Source: Bdellovibrionota bacterium (GTDB lineage: Bacteria; Bdellovibrionota_C; UBA2361). Taken from it: 64,000 nt of DNA. Made by a program: the position numbers and the translations under genes. Of this stretch, positions 25,551 through 35,544 are shown piece after piece. Each line of letters opens with the position of its first letter. Position 1 is the first letter of the stretch. Below the pieces are notes generated by a model, which had not been told where the DNA came from, ran no database searches, and saw nothing but the letters and a program-made list of their open reading frames with translations. Location of the stretch: the NCBI GenBank assembly GCA_044352465.1, contig JBILDU010000003.1, positions 1,752-65,751 of the forward strand, read 5' to 3'.

Positions 25551-26807
25551 CTAAGGCGCAACGTCCTGGGGAGAGGGAAGGGGAGTGGGCCGCGCCGCGA
25601 TCATCAAAAGCTCACGTAACATCTCCTCCCCAATTGCGTCACGGGAGTAGCTCCGAGCTAAGTCACCGGCGCCTCGGACACACTCTAAATACCTATTCGA
25701 ATCCCCCTGAAGTGTGGCCACACCCTCGATAAAAGCGCACTCATCCTCTGGCGTAAAGTAAATCCCCGCCTTAAACCGCTCAACCAGGGCGCGCGCCTCC
25801 CCATCAACCCCGAGGAGGATAGGCTTACCCATCGCAGCGCTCTCAAAAATCTTTGAAGGTAGGACTGTTTTAAAAGTCTCTGCCCGCCTTAAATTAACGA
25901 GCGCCACATCGAACGATGAAAGGATAGGCTTAAGCTCCTCCTTTGAGACCGAATCCATCAGCGTCACGTTCGTGGGCTTAAGCTCATTCACTAATTCCTG
26001 AAGCCTCCCCCGTTCAGCGCCGTCTCCGATTAAGACTATATGGGCATCCGGCACCACCTCTTTAAGTTTAGAAGCGCTTCGCACTATAAAATCAAGCGCG
26101 TGCGCCATCCCCATAGTCCCAGCGTATCCAACGATGAATTTATCATGTAACCCAAGCCGCTCACGCTCCGCTGCTCTATCCCCGCTCCAGGTCCAATCAC
26201 TGGGATTAACTCCGTTCGTTATCACGGAGATCTTTCCCGGCGGGATTCCGCGCCCCGTGATGTTCGCTTCAAAACTCTCGGTCACCACAACAACCCGCGC
26301 AGCACTTCGGTAAAGTGCGAGCTCAACTTTTTCAATCATCCTAAGAGCCAGCGACCGCTTCATCGCCCCTACCGCCGCGATCGATTCGGGCCACAGGTCG
26401 CGCACCTCAAAGACCCACGGCGTTCGCTTTAAAAGACCAAGAAGCCCCCCAGATACCGCGGTAAAGAACTGAGGTGATGTGGCGACGATGACATCGGCTT
26501 TGATACATAGCCCCGCGATAAAGCTACTCACCATAAACGAGAGATAATCCAGGATCCGTAGCACCCGCCCCTTATTAGGCCAGATAAACGACCACACCCG
26601 GTGGACCGTGATTCCCTCCAGCACCTCCCGCTGATAGAGTTTATTTCGGTACCCGGGAAAGACCTCCCCTTTTGGGAAATTCGGTGCGCACGTGATCACA
26701 TCGACGGTGTGCCCGAGCTTTACCCAGAGCCGACAGTGCTCAAAGGTACGGGTAGCCGGAGCGTTCACCTCCGGTGGAAAGTTATCGGTGAGAAATAGAA
26801 TTTTCAC
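25551..26807 (-). CDS. GT4 glycosyltransferase (WbuB-like)
   Basis: FPPEVNAPA, PNFPKG, ATSPQFF, EVRDLWPES and PSKIFE motifs. Confidence 0.9.
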   Translation of the reverse strand: MKILFLTDNFPPEVNAPATRTFEHCRLWVKLGHTVDVITCAPNFPKGEVFPGYRNKLYQREVLEGITVHRVWSFIWPNKGRVLRILDYLSFMVSSFIAGLCIKADVIVATSPQFFTAVSGGLLGLLKRTPWVFEVRDLWPESIAAVGAMKRSLALRMIEKVELALYRSAARVVVVTESFEANITGRGIPPGKISVITNGVNPSDWTWSGDRAAERERLGLHDKFIVGYAGTMGMAHALDFIVRSASKLKEVVPDAHIVLIGDGAERGRLQELVNELKPTNVTLMDSVSKEELKPILSSFDVALVNLRRAETFKTVLPSKIFESAAMGKPILLGVDGEARALVERFKAGIYFTPEDECAFIEGVATLQGDSNRYLECVRGAGDLARSYSRDAIGEEMLRELLMIAARPTPLPSPQDVAP

Positions 26808-27571
26808 GGTTTTCTTAAGACCGGGAGAAGCACCACCCGAAGATGTCTTAAAAGATGGGTGCTGTTCACGATACGCTCGTAAACCATCCCAGTGAAGTAG
26901 GTGAGTGGATTGAACCGCAGATACTCAGGCCGGCCCTCAACAAGCCTTACATCCTCAACCCGAAATCCGACCGACTGAGCGAGCCCTCGCACCGCCTTTT
27001 CTGAGTTCGCCCGGTACTCCGTTGGGAAGGTATCCTCACTCTCCCGGCCCCTTAGTTTGTTAAAAAACTTGTGAAACCAGAGTGGGGTGAGTTGAGCGAG
27101 CAGGGGAACGTAGTGAAACCGGTTCGGCGTCTTTGCGATGAACAACCCGCCCGATTTTAGTACCCGAAACACCTCCTTAAAGACCGCCTCCGGCTCAGTT
27201 AAGTGCTCAAGCAGGTTATCAGCGAACACCAGATCAAAGTGGCTATCAGGGTAGGGGATCTCTGCCCCATTCGCTACTCGCCCCTCATCAAGAAACGGGT
27301 TCGATGCGACCCGCGGGTCGAGGTCTACTCCGCACACCCGGGCTCCAAGCCCCTTAAAATTCATCTGTGGCACGACCCCAGCGCCCGCCCCAAGGTCCAA
27401 GATAACTGACGTTGGAGAGATGTGGCTCAGGACCACAGAGCGTAATAGACTGTCATCCCAGTTAGAGGTGAGGTGCGGGTACCACCGCTTATCGAGTCGC
27501 TCGCGGAGAGTGGGAAGACCGCTATCGATCGTGGTATCAGGTGTGGTCATATGCGCGATTAAACTTACCAA
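26804..27571 (-). CDS. Class I SAM-dependent methyltransferase
   Basis: LDLGAGAG, FDLVF, LEHL and RVLKSGG..KTPN motifs; start may be 27550. Confidence 0.9.
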   Translation of the reverse strand: MVSLIAHMTTPDTTIDSGLPTLRERLDKRWYPHLTSNWDDSLLRSVVLSHISPTSVILDLGAGAGVVPQMNFKGLGARVCGVDLDPRVASNPFLDEGRVANGAEIPYPDSHFDLVFADNLLEHLTEPEAVFKEVFRVLKSGGLFIAKTPNRFHYVPLLAQLTPLWFHKFFNKLRGRESEDTFPTEYRANSEKAVRGLAQSVGFRVEDVRLVEGRPEYLRFNPLTYFTGMVYERIVNSTHLLRHLRVVLLPVLRKP

Positions 27572-27599
27572 CGACCGTTAGTGTAGAGCAACGTTTTAG

Positions 27600-29261
27600 A
27601 TGTTCGAATTTCCCCCCCCAAAAAAACTCGGGGTGCTTAGTTATCTCGCCCGCTTCTACCGCACCATCAGCTACCTGCGCTGGTCGCAGATCCGTACCCG
27701 TATATTTCGGAAAGTTTTGACAGAGCTCGAGCGCCTCCCGTTTATCGCCGCCTGCTATCGTAAGCCCTTTCCGGGCTCGACCGTGAGCCCATTAAGGCTC
27801 CCCCGCTTACCCCTGCCAGATAAGCATCTACTTGATTCGGGTGAGTTTACCTATATCGGGAAGACCTTTAACTGCCGTGATACTTGGTTCCCCGACGGAG
27901 CCTCGCTCCTTTGGATCTTTAACCTGCACTACTTCGATTTTCTTACCGAGCTTTCCCATCCCGAGGATAAAAAACGGTATATCCTGGGTTGGATAGCCAA
28001 AGTGCCGGTCCTTCACCGTTCAGCCTGGCACCCCTTTCCATCCTCGCTACGGGTCTGTAACTGGATAGCCGTCCTCCCTGAGATAGAGCCGTGCCTTTTA
28101 GAACCTGAGCGCCAAGCGATCTACTCAAGTATCTATAACCAACTCCGCCATCTCGAGTGGCAGCTTGAGGAGGACCTCCTTGCAAACCACCTTATCGAGA
28201 ACTGCCGGGCGCTTATCGTGGGAGGCACGTTTTTAAATAAAAGTAGCTTTGTCGAACGGGGGCTCAAAGTACTTCTGCGTGAGCTTCCAGAGCAGATACT
28301 TAAAGATGGTGGACACTATGAGCGCTCACCGCAGTACCATACCGCGGTACTGCTAGCCCTCCTTGATATCTATCTCGCCCTTAAACAATCTGGGCACGAG
28401 CTACCCCCGATAATCCCTGAAAGCCTCACCAAAATGGTCGAGTTCTTAGCCAAGATCCTCGATAACGGAGCACTTCCCCTTCTAAACGATACATCCCCTG
28501 AGTTCGTCCCGGATCCAATCGCGGTAATCGAACTAGCTGCCCGCGAACTAGGGATCCCCGTCCCAACGCACCCCGAGCTCTATGAGCACCTAGAAGACAC
28601 CGGACTCTTCATCGTTCGAACCTCCCGAATGGCGCTCACCTTCGATGTGGGCCCTATCGGACCCGACGTCCAGCCCGGACACGCCCACAGCGATACACTT
28701 TCGGTGCTCCTTACCATCGATGGGGTCCCGATCCTCACGGACCCAGGGGTATATACCTATGAACCCGGCCCCGAGCGGGACTACTTCCGCTCTGCATTCG
28801 CCCATAACGGACCCATCATAAACGGAGAGGACCCGAACGAGATGTGGGGGGCGTTTCGGGTGGGGCGAAGGGTCGGCCGCCCGTCGTTTCGGGTGATAAA
28901 AGATGGGCGCGCGGATGGAAGTGGGGAGTGGGTGGTGGAGGGTGTTGCAGGACAAAGCCGTCGCGAATTGAAATTATCAAATATTTGGGAGAAGATCAGC
29001 GTCGCTATTCTAGATCGAACAGAGGGTCAAGGGCGAGTGACAGTCCAGATGATGGTCTCGGCGCAAGCCCAAAGTCGATTAGCATCACTCAGGCAACATA
29101 TCAGAGGGAGCTTGGCCTCTCTTCAAAAAGTTTCGAGGCATCCAGTGGTCACTGGCACTGCTTTACAGTCCGAGCGATTCGGCAAGGGTGCTCAATATGA
29201 CTCATTCTCAGTCGAAGTGGAGTCCCCCAGTGATGTGGAAACTCTTATTTTATCGCTTTAG
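27600..29261 (+). CDS. Heparinase II/III-family protein
   Basis: WIFNLHYF, LLANHL, DGGHYERSPQYH, PGHAHSD, DPGVYTY, RSAFAHN and WGAFRVGRR motifs. Confidence 0.88.
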   Translation: MFEFPPPKKLGVLSYLARFYRTISYLRWSQIRTRIFRKVLTELERLPFIAACYRKPFPGSTVSPLRLPRLPLPDKHLLDSGEFTYIGKTFNCRDTWFPDGASLLWIFNLHYFDFLTELSHPEDKKRYILGWIAKVPVLHRSAWHPFPSSLRVCNWIAVLPEIEPCLLEPERQAIYSSIYNQLRHLEWQLEEDLLANHLIENCRALIVGGTFLNKSSFVERGLKVLLRELPEQILKDGGHYERSPQYHTAVLLALLDIYLALKQSGHELPPIIPESLTKMVEFLAKILDNGALPLLNDTSPEFVPDPIAVIELAARELGIPVPTHPELYEHLEDTGLFIVRTSRMALTFDVGPIGPDVQPGHAHSDTLSVLLTIDGVPILTDPGVYTYEPGPERDYFRSAFAHNGPIINGEDPNEMWGAFRVGRRVGRPSFRVIKDGRADGSGEWVVEGVAGQSRRELKLSNIWEKISVAILDRTEGQGRVTVQMMVSAQAQSRLASLRQHIRGSLASLQKVSRHPVVTGTALQSERFGKGAQYDSFSVEVESPSDVETLILSL

Positions 29262-29305
29262 TCAGTGCGGCAAGGGGAATCATTTATCGAAAAGTAGAGG
29301 ACACG

Positions 29306-30043
29306 ATGGGTGCAGAGGCAAAAGGTTTTGATAAATTCGCGCGATCGGGTCCATATCACTGGGCTGCGATCAGCCGAAGTATTCGCGATCGGCACTTATT
29401 CACGATGGCACGATATGAGGGACTTCTTCGAGTAATCAGAGGGGAACCTGCTCTGCGTATTTGTGATTATGGTTGCGGAGACGGAGCCCTGACATTTTTG
29501 TTGAGCCAGGATTTCCCGAATGCTGAGTTGATTGGTATCGAACCCGATCCGGTGGGTCGTGAATTGGCAAAAGATATCCTAAAAGCAAGGGGGGTCAGCT
29601 GCCAGGTTCTGGAAAGTGCGGACCAGCTTCCTGCCAGTCATTTTGATGTTATAATATGTGCTGATGTTATTGAGCATGTTTCAGAGGCGGAGACTTTTCT
29701 TTGTGAGCTGAAACGCTTACTGAAGCCAGGGGGTAAGTTAGCTCTCTCAACTCCGGTGAGAGTAACGGAGGCAGTCTGGGACAGCGAACACAAGAAAGAG
29801 TTTTTCCCGGGAGAGCTTGCAGCACTGGTCGGTCAATTCTTTGATGTTAAAAAGCATGACTTCGTGTCGTCCGCGTTCACAACAGGTTTATATTCAATAA
29901 AGCCCAGGATGTTTGGCTCCCGCCCGGTGTTACGGTATATGATGAACGTCTTCAATATTCTCACAGGTATCAATCTCCTCTTAGATTACAATCCCGAGGA
30001 GCGGCTATGGTTAACGCAGGTTATTCGCGCCGAGAAAAGATGA
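29306..30043 (+). CDS. Class I SAM-dependent methyltransferase
   Basis: DYGCGDG, FDVII..DVIEH and LKPGG..STP motifs. Confidence 0.88.
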   Translation: MGAEAKGFDKFARSGPYHWAAISRSIRDRHLFTMARYEGLLRVIRGEPALRICDYGCGDGALTFLLSQDFPNAELIGIEPDPVGRELAKDILKARGVSCQVLESADQLPASHFDVIICADVIEHVSEAETFLCELKRLLKPGGKLALSTPVRVTEAVWDSEHKKEFFPGELAALVGQFFDVKKHDFVSSAFTTGLYSIKPRMFGSRPVLRYMMNVFNILTGINLLLDYNPEERLWLTQVIRAEKR

Positions 30044-30888
30044 TAATGAGGGTAACACTTACAGAGTCGATAGAGCTCGTCAGAAGATCAGTACGTCGCG
30101 CTCTGGGGGCTCATTCAAATGTCTATAGATGTGGCGCAAAGACTTTTGAGTTTTTCGCTGTCGTTTGGAAGGAGGGAGTACTGACCTGGCTCCAGCTTAA
30201 GAAACTTGGCAGTAGTGCTCGAGTTGAGCCGAATGGAGCAGTTGAACCTATCAAGCTGAAATCGCTTCAGTTTCCGATATTCGTCAGACCACGTGCTGAG
30301 GATGTTCTTACAATTACGGACAACGTAGTCCGCGCCGAGTATGGAAATTTCTCGCCGGCAAGTGAGCCAAAGTGGATGCTCGATGCAGGGGCATTCATTG
30401 GAGATACGGCAGCATACTTTCTATCAAGGTTCCCAGGACTTCGGGTCATAGCGTTGGAGCCAGACCCAGCAAATTTTGCTGTTGCGCAAATAAACCTAAG
30501 GCCCTACGGCGAGAGAGTGTTCCTCATAAACCAAGGACTTTTCGGTATTGAGGAATCGTTTTCTCTTCGTGGCAGTGGTACTGGGGGTGCATTGGACATG
30601 ATCGGCGGTCCGATCAAGTGCACGACAATACGCAAGATTCTGGATGATTACGGGATTCCGAATATTGATATTCTTAAAATGGATATTGAAGGGGCCGAAT
30701 CGTCCGTTTTCGCGGAGAGTCCGGAGTCCTGGCTCGGTAATGTGAGCAATCTGATTATTGAATTACATGGTCCGGAAAGAACAAGGTTTGTCCACAAGGT
30801 ACTCGCTGACCACGGCTTTTCTGTCAGGCAGTATCGCTCATTGTGGTACTGCTCACGGAGTTCGAACTGCTACTCTCTCCGGCGGTAA
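30040..30888 (+). CDS. FkbM-family methyltransferase
   Basis: LDAGAFIG, ALEPD, IDILKMDIEGAE and IELH motifs. Confidence 0.88.
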   Translation: MIMRVTLTESIELVRRSVRRALGAHSNVYRCGAKTFEFFAVVWKEGVLTWLQLKKLGSSARVEPNGAVEPIKLKSLQFPIFVRPRAEDVLTITDNVVRAEYGNFSPASEPKWMLDAGAFIGDTAAYFLSRFPGLRVIALEPDPANFAVAQINLRPYGERVFLINQGLFGIEESFSLRGSGTGGALDMIGGPIKCTTIRKILDDYGIPNIDILKMDIEGAESSVFAESPESWLGNVSNLIIELHGPERTRFVHKVLADHGFSVRQYRSLWYCSRSSNCYSLRR

Positions 30889-32048
30889 TTTAGGATAAGC
30901 CTGGAATGCTGATCGCCGGCTGAGCCATATGAGCTGAAGGTTTCAATCCGTCGTGCAGCTGATTCGGGAAGGGGAGTGGATTCGGTCCTTTTAGGGATGT
31001 GGCGCATAATAGCGTGACATAGAGCATCGCTATTGCCCGGAGGGACTAGCTCGATCTCATCATGGAACTCGACTGAGATACTTGGTAGCGCGGTGGCAAT
31101 TACGGGGATACCAAAATACAGTGCCTCATCTATTACACGGGGTATTCCCTCTGAACTAGCCGAGGGGTGGACAAAGAGATCTGCGGTCTGCCAAACGTTA
31201 AGCATTGCATGAGTACCATCCAGCCAACCATGGAATGTAACGTTTTCGACCCCGCACGAGCGAAACCGATTGCGGATCTCCAAACCCTGCGGACCATCCC
31301 CGGCGATGTGAAAGTGGAAAAACTCAGATTTCACCGTCCGCGAGAGAAGGACCGCTGCCTCTACGAGGTGCGAGAAGCCTTTGCTCCACTGTAGCTTGGC
31401 AACCACTAAAATGTTTAAGCAATCCGACTTACGAAGATGTGCTGGCTGGTTCGGTGGTGGCACCGAATAATCTATGTCACTAATTGGAACCGTATCATGA
31501 ACAGTCTTGTTACTTTGCGAGGCTAGATCACAAAGATATTTCCCACGGGCAATTATAAAGTCAGCTTGCCCAAGAAATGATGCATTTAACCACTGAAAGA
31601 TCGCGGAGCCAAGTGGAAGCCGACCAAAACGCGAGTGAGCTGCCCAATAAGCATAATCATAAGACAGATAAGATGCGAGTAATCGTGCACGTCGTTTGAG
31701 CAGGGGGAGAATTATGGCGAGAAAAATGGAATTAGGAAGGAATAGGAGTAGATAAGAGCCTCTAGCAATTTCGAATACCTTAGCCGAGATGGCAATCAGC
31801 GAACTCCACGCTGTTGAATAGGGAAAAACCTCGACCGAAGATGGCACCTCTGCCAGGTAGATTGTGGAGCTTTTACTGACTGGGGCGAAGAAGATCACTC
31901 GATCAAACTGGCGGGCATGGTCGGATAGATAGCGAGCAACGGCGCTCTTCGTGTACCACTTTCCATCCGCATGCTGTTCGATATTGGCACCGCCGACAAT
32001 CACCAGTTGTGGCGGGTTCGTAATTAGTTTGTTATCTATAAAGTTCAT
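30870..32048 (-). CDS. GT4 glycosyltransferase
   Basis: KG, IAGDGP, FHGW and FVHPS..EGIPRVIDEA..G.PVIAT motifs. Confidence 0.85.
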   Translation of the reverse strand: MNFIDNKLITNPPQLVIVGGANIEQHADGKWYTKSAVARYLSDHARQFDRVIFFAPVSKSSTIYLAEVPSSVEVFPYSTAWSSLIAISAKVFEIARGSYLLLFLPNSIFLAIILPLLKRRARLLASYLSYDYAYWAAHSRFGRLPLGSAIFQWLNASFLGQADFIIARGKYLCDLASQSNKTVHDTVPISDIDYSVPPPNQPAHLRKSDCLNILVVAKLQWSKGFSHLVEAAVLLSRTVKSEFFHFHIAGDGPQGLEIRNRFRSCGVENVTFHGWLDGTHAMLNVWQTADLFVHPSASSEGIPRVIDEALYFGIPVIATALPSISVEFHDEIELVPPGNSDALCHAIMRHIPKRTESTPLPESAARRIETFSSYGSAGDQHSRLILNYRRRE

Positions 32049-32115
32049 CTTGATGGTTTTGAGATACCGAGTTTGCTCTTTTTGCCTTAGTTCGATTTGC
32101 TAATGAACTTATCCT

Positions 32116-33264
32116 ATGACTGCGCAGCGCACAAAAGTGGGATTTTTGACGAATATTTATGCGCCCTACAAAGAGCCGCTTTTAGCTGAGCTTGCAACGC
32201 ACGTCGACTTAAAGGTTTTTTATTGCGCCGAGAGTGAGCCGAACCGAAGCTGGGCGGTCAACTTCTCCGGTGCCTATGAGTATGAGTTGCTACCGGGGCG
32301 AACGGTTCGGATTGGAAATAGCTTTTTCCACTTTAATTGGGGGCTGTTGAGTGCGCTGCGAACCCTTCAACCCGCCGTTCTGATTGTGGGTGGTTACTCA
32401 TTTCCTACAGTCCAGTACGCGCCCTTTCTGTGCTCTTATCTTGGGATAAAATCGATCTTATGGTCCGGTAGTACTGCACTAGAGGAGCGATACGGCGAGC
32501 GGCTCAGTCGCATGATAAAGAGGGCGTTAGTGTCAAAGTATGATGGCTTTGTGGCCTATACTAGGCGGGCAGCGCAGTATCTTATCAGCCTTGGCGCTGA
32601 GCCGACGCGAGTTTCGATTGCGCCCGTCACCGTCGAGACCGGGTTTTTTAGGCGAGGTTTAGCTGTCCGTCGCGACATTGCCACCCGCACGCTGATTCGC
32701 GCACGATATCAACTTAACGAAGGTGATTTTGTCTGGCTATTTGTGGGGCAGTTGATTCATCGGAAGGGGGGAGATGTCTTGATCGACTCACTGGCTCGAC
32801 TATCTGAAAAGCATAAACTCCTGATGGTCGGCTCGGGACCGAAGAGGGATCAGTGGATGCAAAAAGCTGACGGGCTAGGTTGTGGAGATCGCGTTCAGTG
32901 GCTCGGTAATCTCTCGCAAGAAGATCTTACAGAGATCTACGCTGCCGCTGATGCTCTAGTGCTCCCGTCGCGGTCAGATCCATCGGGAAATGTGATAAAT
33001 GAGGCGATGGCTACGGGACTTCCGGTGATTGCCTCTGACAGGGTGGGCACGGATTTAATTGAACAAGGTAAGCAGGGATTCATATTCGAGTCTGGCAGTC
33101 CATCTCATCTTAATGAGATGATGACCAGAATGAGCTCGAAAGCCTCCGCTTTGGATTCGATGAGTATCGCAGCTAGCGAACGTATAAGCCTCTTCTCAAT
33201 TGAGGAGGAAGCCCGGCAATTTCGGAATGCGATAGCGCAGGTCCTCGATGCGAATTCTTATTAA
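32116..33264 (+). CDS. GT4 glycosyltransferase
   Basis: FVGQLIHRKG and ADALVLPS..DPSGNVINEAMATGLPVI motifs. Confidence 0.88.
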   Translation: MTAQRTKVGFLTNIYAPYKEPLLAELATHVDLKVFYCAESEPNRSWAVNFSGAYEYELLPGRTVRIGNSFFHFNWGLLSALRTLQPAVLIVGGYSFPTVQYAPFLCSYLGIKSILWSGSTALEERYGERLSRMIKRALVSKYDGFVAYTRRAAQYLISLGAEPTRVSIAPVTVETGFFRRGLAVRRDIATRTLIRARYQLNEGDFVWLFVGQLIHRKGGDVLIDSLARLSEKHKLLMVGSGPKRDQWMQKADGLGCGDRVQWLGNLSQEDLTEIYAAADALVLPSRSDPSGNVINEAMATGLPVIASDRVGTDLIEQGKQGFIFESGSPSHLNEMMTRMSSKASALDSMSIAASERISLFSIEEEARQFRNAIAQVLDANSY

Positions 33265-34399
33265 TGCTGTTTCGTGCTCTATTGGGGGAGGGGTTCAGTC
33301 AGCAACTGCTCTGTTCCGATTCCTGGAGAAAGCCAATATCTCCCATGATATTTTGTTCCTCTGCTCACCGGAGGTTTGGCAGGCTGTCGGTGACTTCAAT
33401 GGCAAAACAAACCTTCGAGCAGCGCTCATTACCTCCCGGCCAGGTCGTATACTCGCTGGTTCAAGGGGGCGCTCCCAAATAAGAGCGCACCAAGATCATT
33501 TTCTTCCTCACGTTGTTTATTCAGTCTTTGGTCCAGCTTATGTAAGATTTAAATGCCCTCATTTAGTCGGGTTCGCGGAACCATATGCTCTGGGACTAGG
33601 TCGACACGTTCTGGGCCTCTTCCCCTTCTGGGAGCGATTGCTGGTTCGTATCAAATCAGCGCTTAAGATTGAATGCTTAGCTCGAGAGGCCGATTTCGTT
33701 GTTGTAGAGACTCAAGTCGCTCGCCAGCAGCTAGTTGCTTCGGGTCGATTCGATCCAACCAGAATTGTCGTGATCCCTAATTCTTGTGCGGATGTTTTCG
33801 GGCTGAATACTAGCTCGCCTACCGCCTCGAGCCCGAAGCGAATCCTGGTGATGGCAGCCCCGTATCGACACAAGAATCTTGAGCTGGTGCCCGATATTGC
33901 GCTTGCCCTAAAACGTCGCTTGCCAAGCATTCATTTCGTCTTTGAGATTACTATTCCGGCCCAACACAAGCTCTATACTCGTATAAAGCGGCGTGCCATG
34001 CAGATTGGTGTTGCTGAATCTTTGGTATCACTAGGTGTGCTCGGGCCGAGGGAATGTGTCGATGCCTACCGTGCTTGTAATGTTGTATTGCATCCGTCGC
34101 TTCTCGAAGTATTCTCCGTTACCTATTTAGAGGCAATGAAGATGCAAAGGCCGCTGGTCGTCTCGGACTTGCCATTTGCGCGGGAGATCTGCGGGGAGGC
34201 TGCCTTATACTTTGATCCGCTAAGTGCTGATAGTGCCGCCGCTCAGATTGCGATGCTATTAGAGAGTCCGGATAGGGTCGGGTCGCTTACAGCTGCTGGC
34301 GAGCGGCGTCAATCGGAGTTCCCCACTGGGGAAAGCAAATGGAGGATGGTACTCAGCACGCTTGATTCGATTAATGCCGAAGCGCAGTCTAGGAGATAG
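33248..34399 (+). CDS. GT4 glycosyltransferase
   Basis: HKNL and PSLLEVFSVTYLEAM...PLVVSDL motifs. Confidence 0.85.
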   Translation: MRILINAVSCSIGGGVQSATALFRFLEKANISHDILFLCSPEVWQAVGDFNGKTNLRAALITSRPGRILAGSRGRSQIRAHQDHFLPHVVYSVFGPAYVRFKCPHLVGFAEPYALGLGRHVLGLFPFWERLLVRIKSALKIECLAREADFVVVETQVARQQLVASGRFDPTRIVVIPNSCADVFGLNTSSPTASSPKRILVMAAPYRHKNLELVPDIALALKRRLPSIHFVFEITIPAQHKLYTRIKRRAMQIGVAESLVSLGVLGPRECVDAYRACNVVLHPSLLEVFSVTYLEAMKMQRPLVVSDLPFAREICGEAALYFDPLSADSAAAQIAMLLESPDRVGSLTAAGERRQSEFPTGESKWRMVLSTLDSINAEAQSRR

Positions 34400-35522
34400 A
34401 GGTAAAAAGACGGGCAATCGCACGTGCGTTAAATGTAGAGATACTTCGGTCGAAGGCAGCGATGCCCATCCGTTGCACGGTTTCCGGTTCGGTGGCCAGC
34501 TTCATGATCGCTGCCGCTAGTGCAGGGGGTTCCGGTGAAACTAGTAGTCCACTGTGGCAATCCTGTACCAGCTCGGGTAGTGCCCCATGATTAGTTGCAA
34601 TTGTGAGAACCCCCCGTCGTGCGGCCTCAATAACAACAATTCCAAATCCCTCTATCTTCCCTTGATGTTCGATGCTGGGCATCACGAGGGCATCGGCTGC
34701 ATCATAAAGATTAAGCAGTTGCGAATTCGATACTTCCCCAGTGAATTCTACATAATCGGTGAGGTTGTGTCGCTCGACTAAAGTACGGAGGGCGGTCTCA
34801 TGGTAGCCTGTGCCCACAATCATATACCGCAATCGAGCTAGGGCGCTTCGGGGGAGCATCGCCAACGCCTCTAGAATCAAAGCATGACCTTTTCGCTCCG
34901 TAAGCCGAGATACTTGTACTAAAACGAAGAGGTCAGTCTTTAGACCTGCTACATTTCGAGCTTCAGCCCGAGAATCCTCCGACCGGACCAGCGGTGGAGT
35001 CCTGACCGGCACGTACGATGTGACGATGTCGCGTTTTGCTGCTCGCGGGAAACGAGCAAGTAACAATCTTCGTGTATAATCACTGATACAGAGAATGCGA
35101 TCCGAGCCGCCGATAACAGTAGATTCAACGAAACGGAGAAAGCGACTTCGATGCAAGTAATTTATCTCGGAGCCATTAAAAACCAAGCGGTAGGGGATGC
35201 GCAACAAACGCAGCGCTAGCCCACAAAATAGGTGTGCAATCGGATCGAATAGAATGACGAGCGAATTCCTGCGTGAGGCTGCGATAAAAAGCCTTGCAAC
35301 TCTCATGCTCAATCTTAAACAAGTATATCGCGATGGCGGGAAATCGCCTTCCACTCTCGTAACGGGATATGGGTGCGGCAGGTCACTTTTCCCCACTGTT
35401 ATGACTCGAATAGTTTGTCCTGCCAGGGTTAGCTCGTCGGCAAGGCTTGCCGCAAAAGTGGCGATTCCACCCACTGTGGGTGGAAACTCAGTCGCAATAA
35501 TTGTACATTTCGCCTCGCTCAC
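34389..35522 (-). CDS. GT4 glycosyltransferase (PimB-like)
   Basis: EFPPTVGGI, SRLTERKG and MPS....EGFGIVVIEA motifs. Confidence 0.88.
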   Translation of the reverse strand: MSEAKCTIIATEFPPTVGGIATFAASLADELTLAGQTIRVITVGKSDLPHPYPVTRVEGDFPPSRYTCLRLSMRVARLFIAASRRNSLVILFDPIAHLFCGLALRLLRIPYRLVFNGSEINYLHRSRFLRFVESTVIGGSDRILCISDYTRRLLLARFPRAAKRDIVTSYVPVRTPPLVRSEDSRAEARNVAGLKTDLFVLVQVSRLTERKGHALILEALAMLPRSALARLRYMIVGTGYHETALRTLVERHNLTDYVEFTGEVSNSQLLNLYDAADALVMPSIEHQGKIEGFGIVVIEAARRGVLTIATNHGALPELVQDCHSGLLVSPEPPALAAAIMKLATEPETVQRMGIAAFDRSISTFNARAIARLFTSIS

Positions 35523-35544
35523 TTTTGGACCGTTTTAATTTTCT

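Noticed and set aside
27581-27590. GTGTAGAGCA 10-mer shared with the 33-bp repeat
   Set aside because: Too short and the flanks do not match; probably chance.
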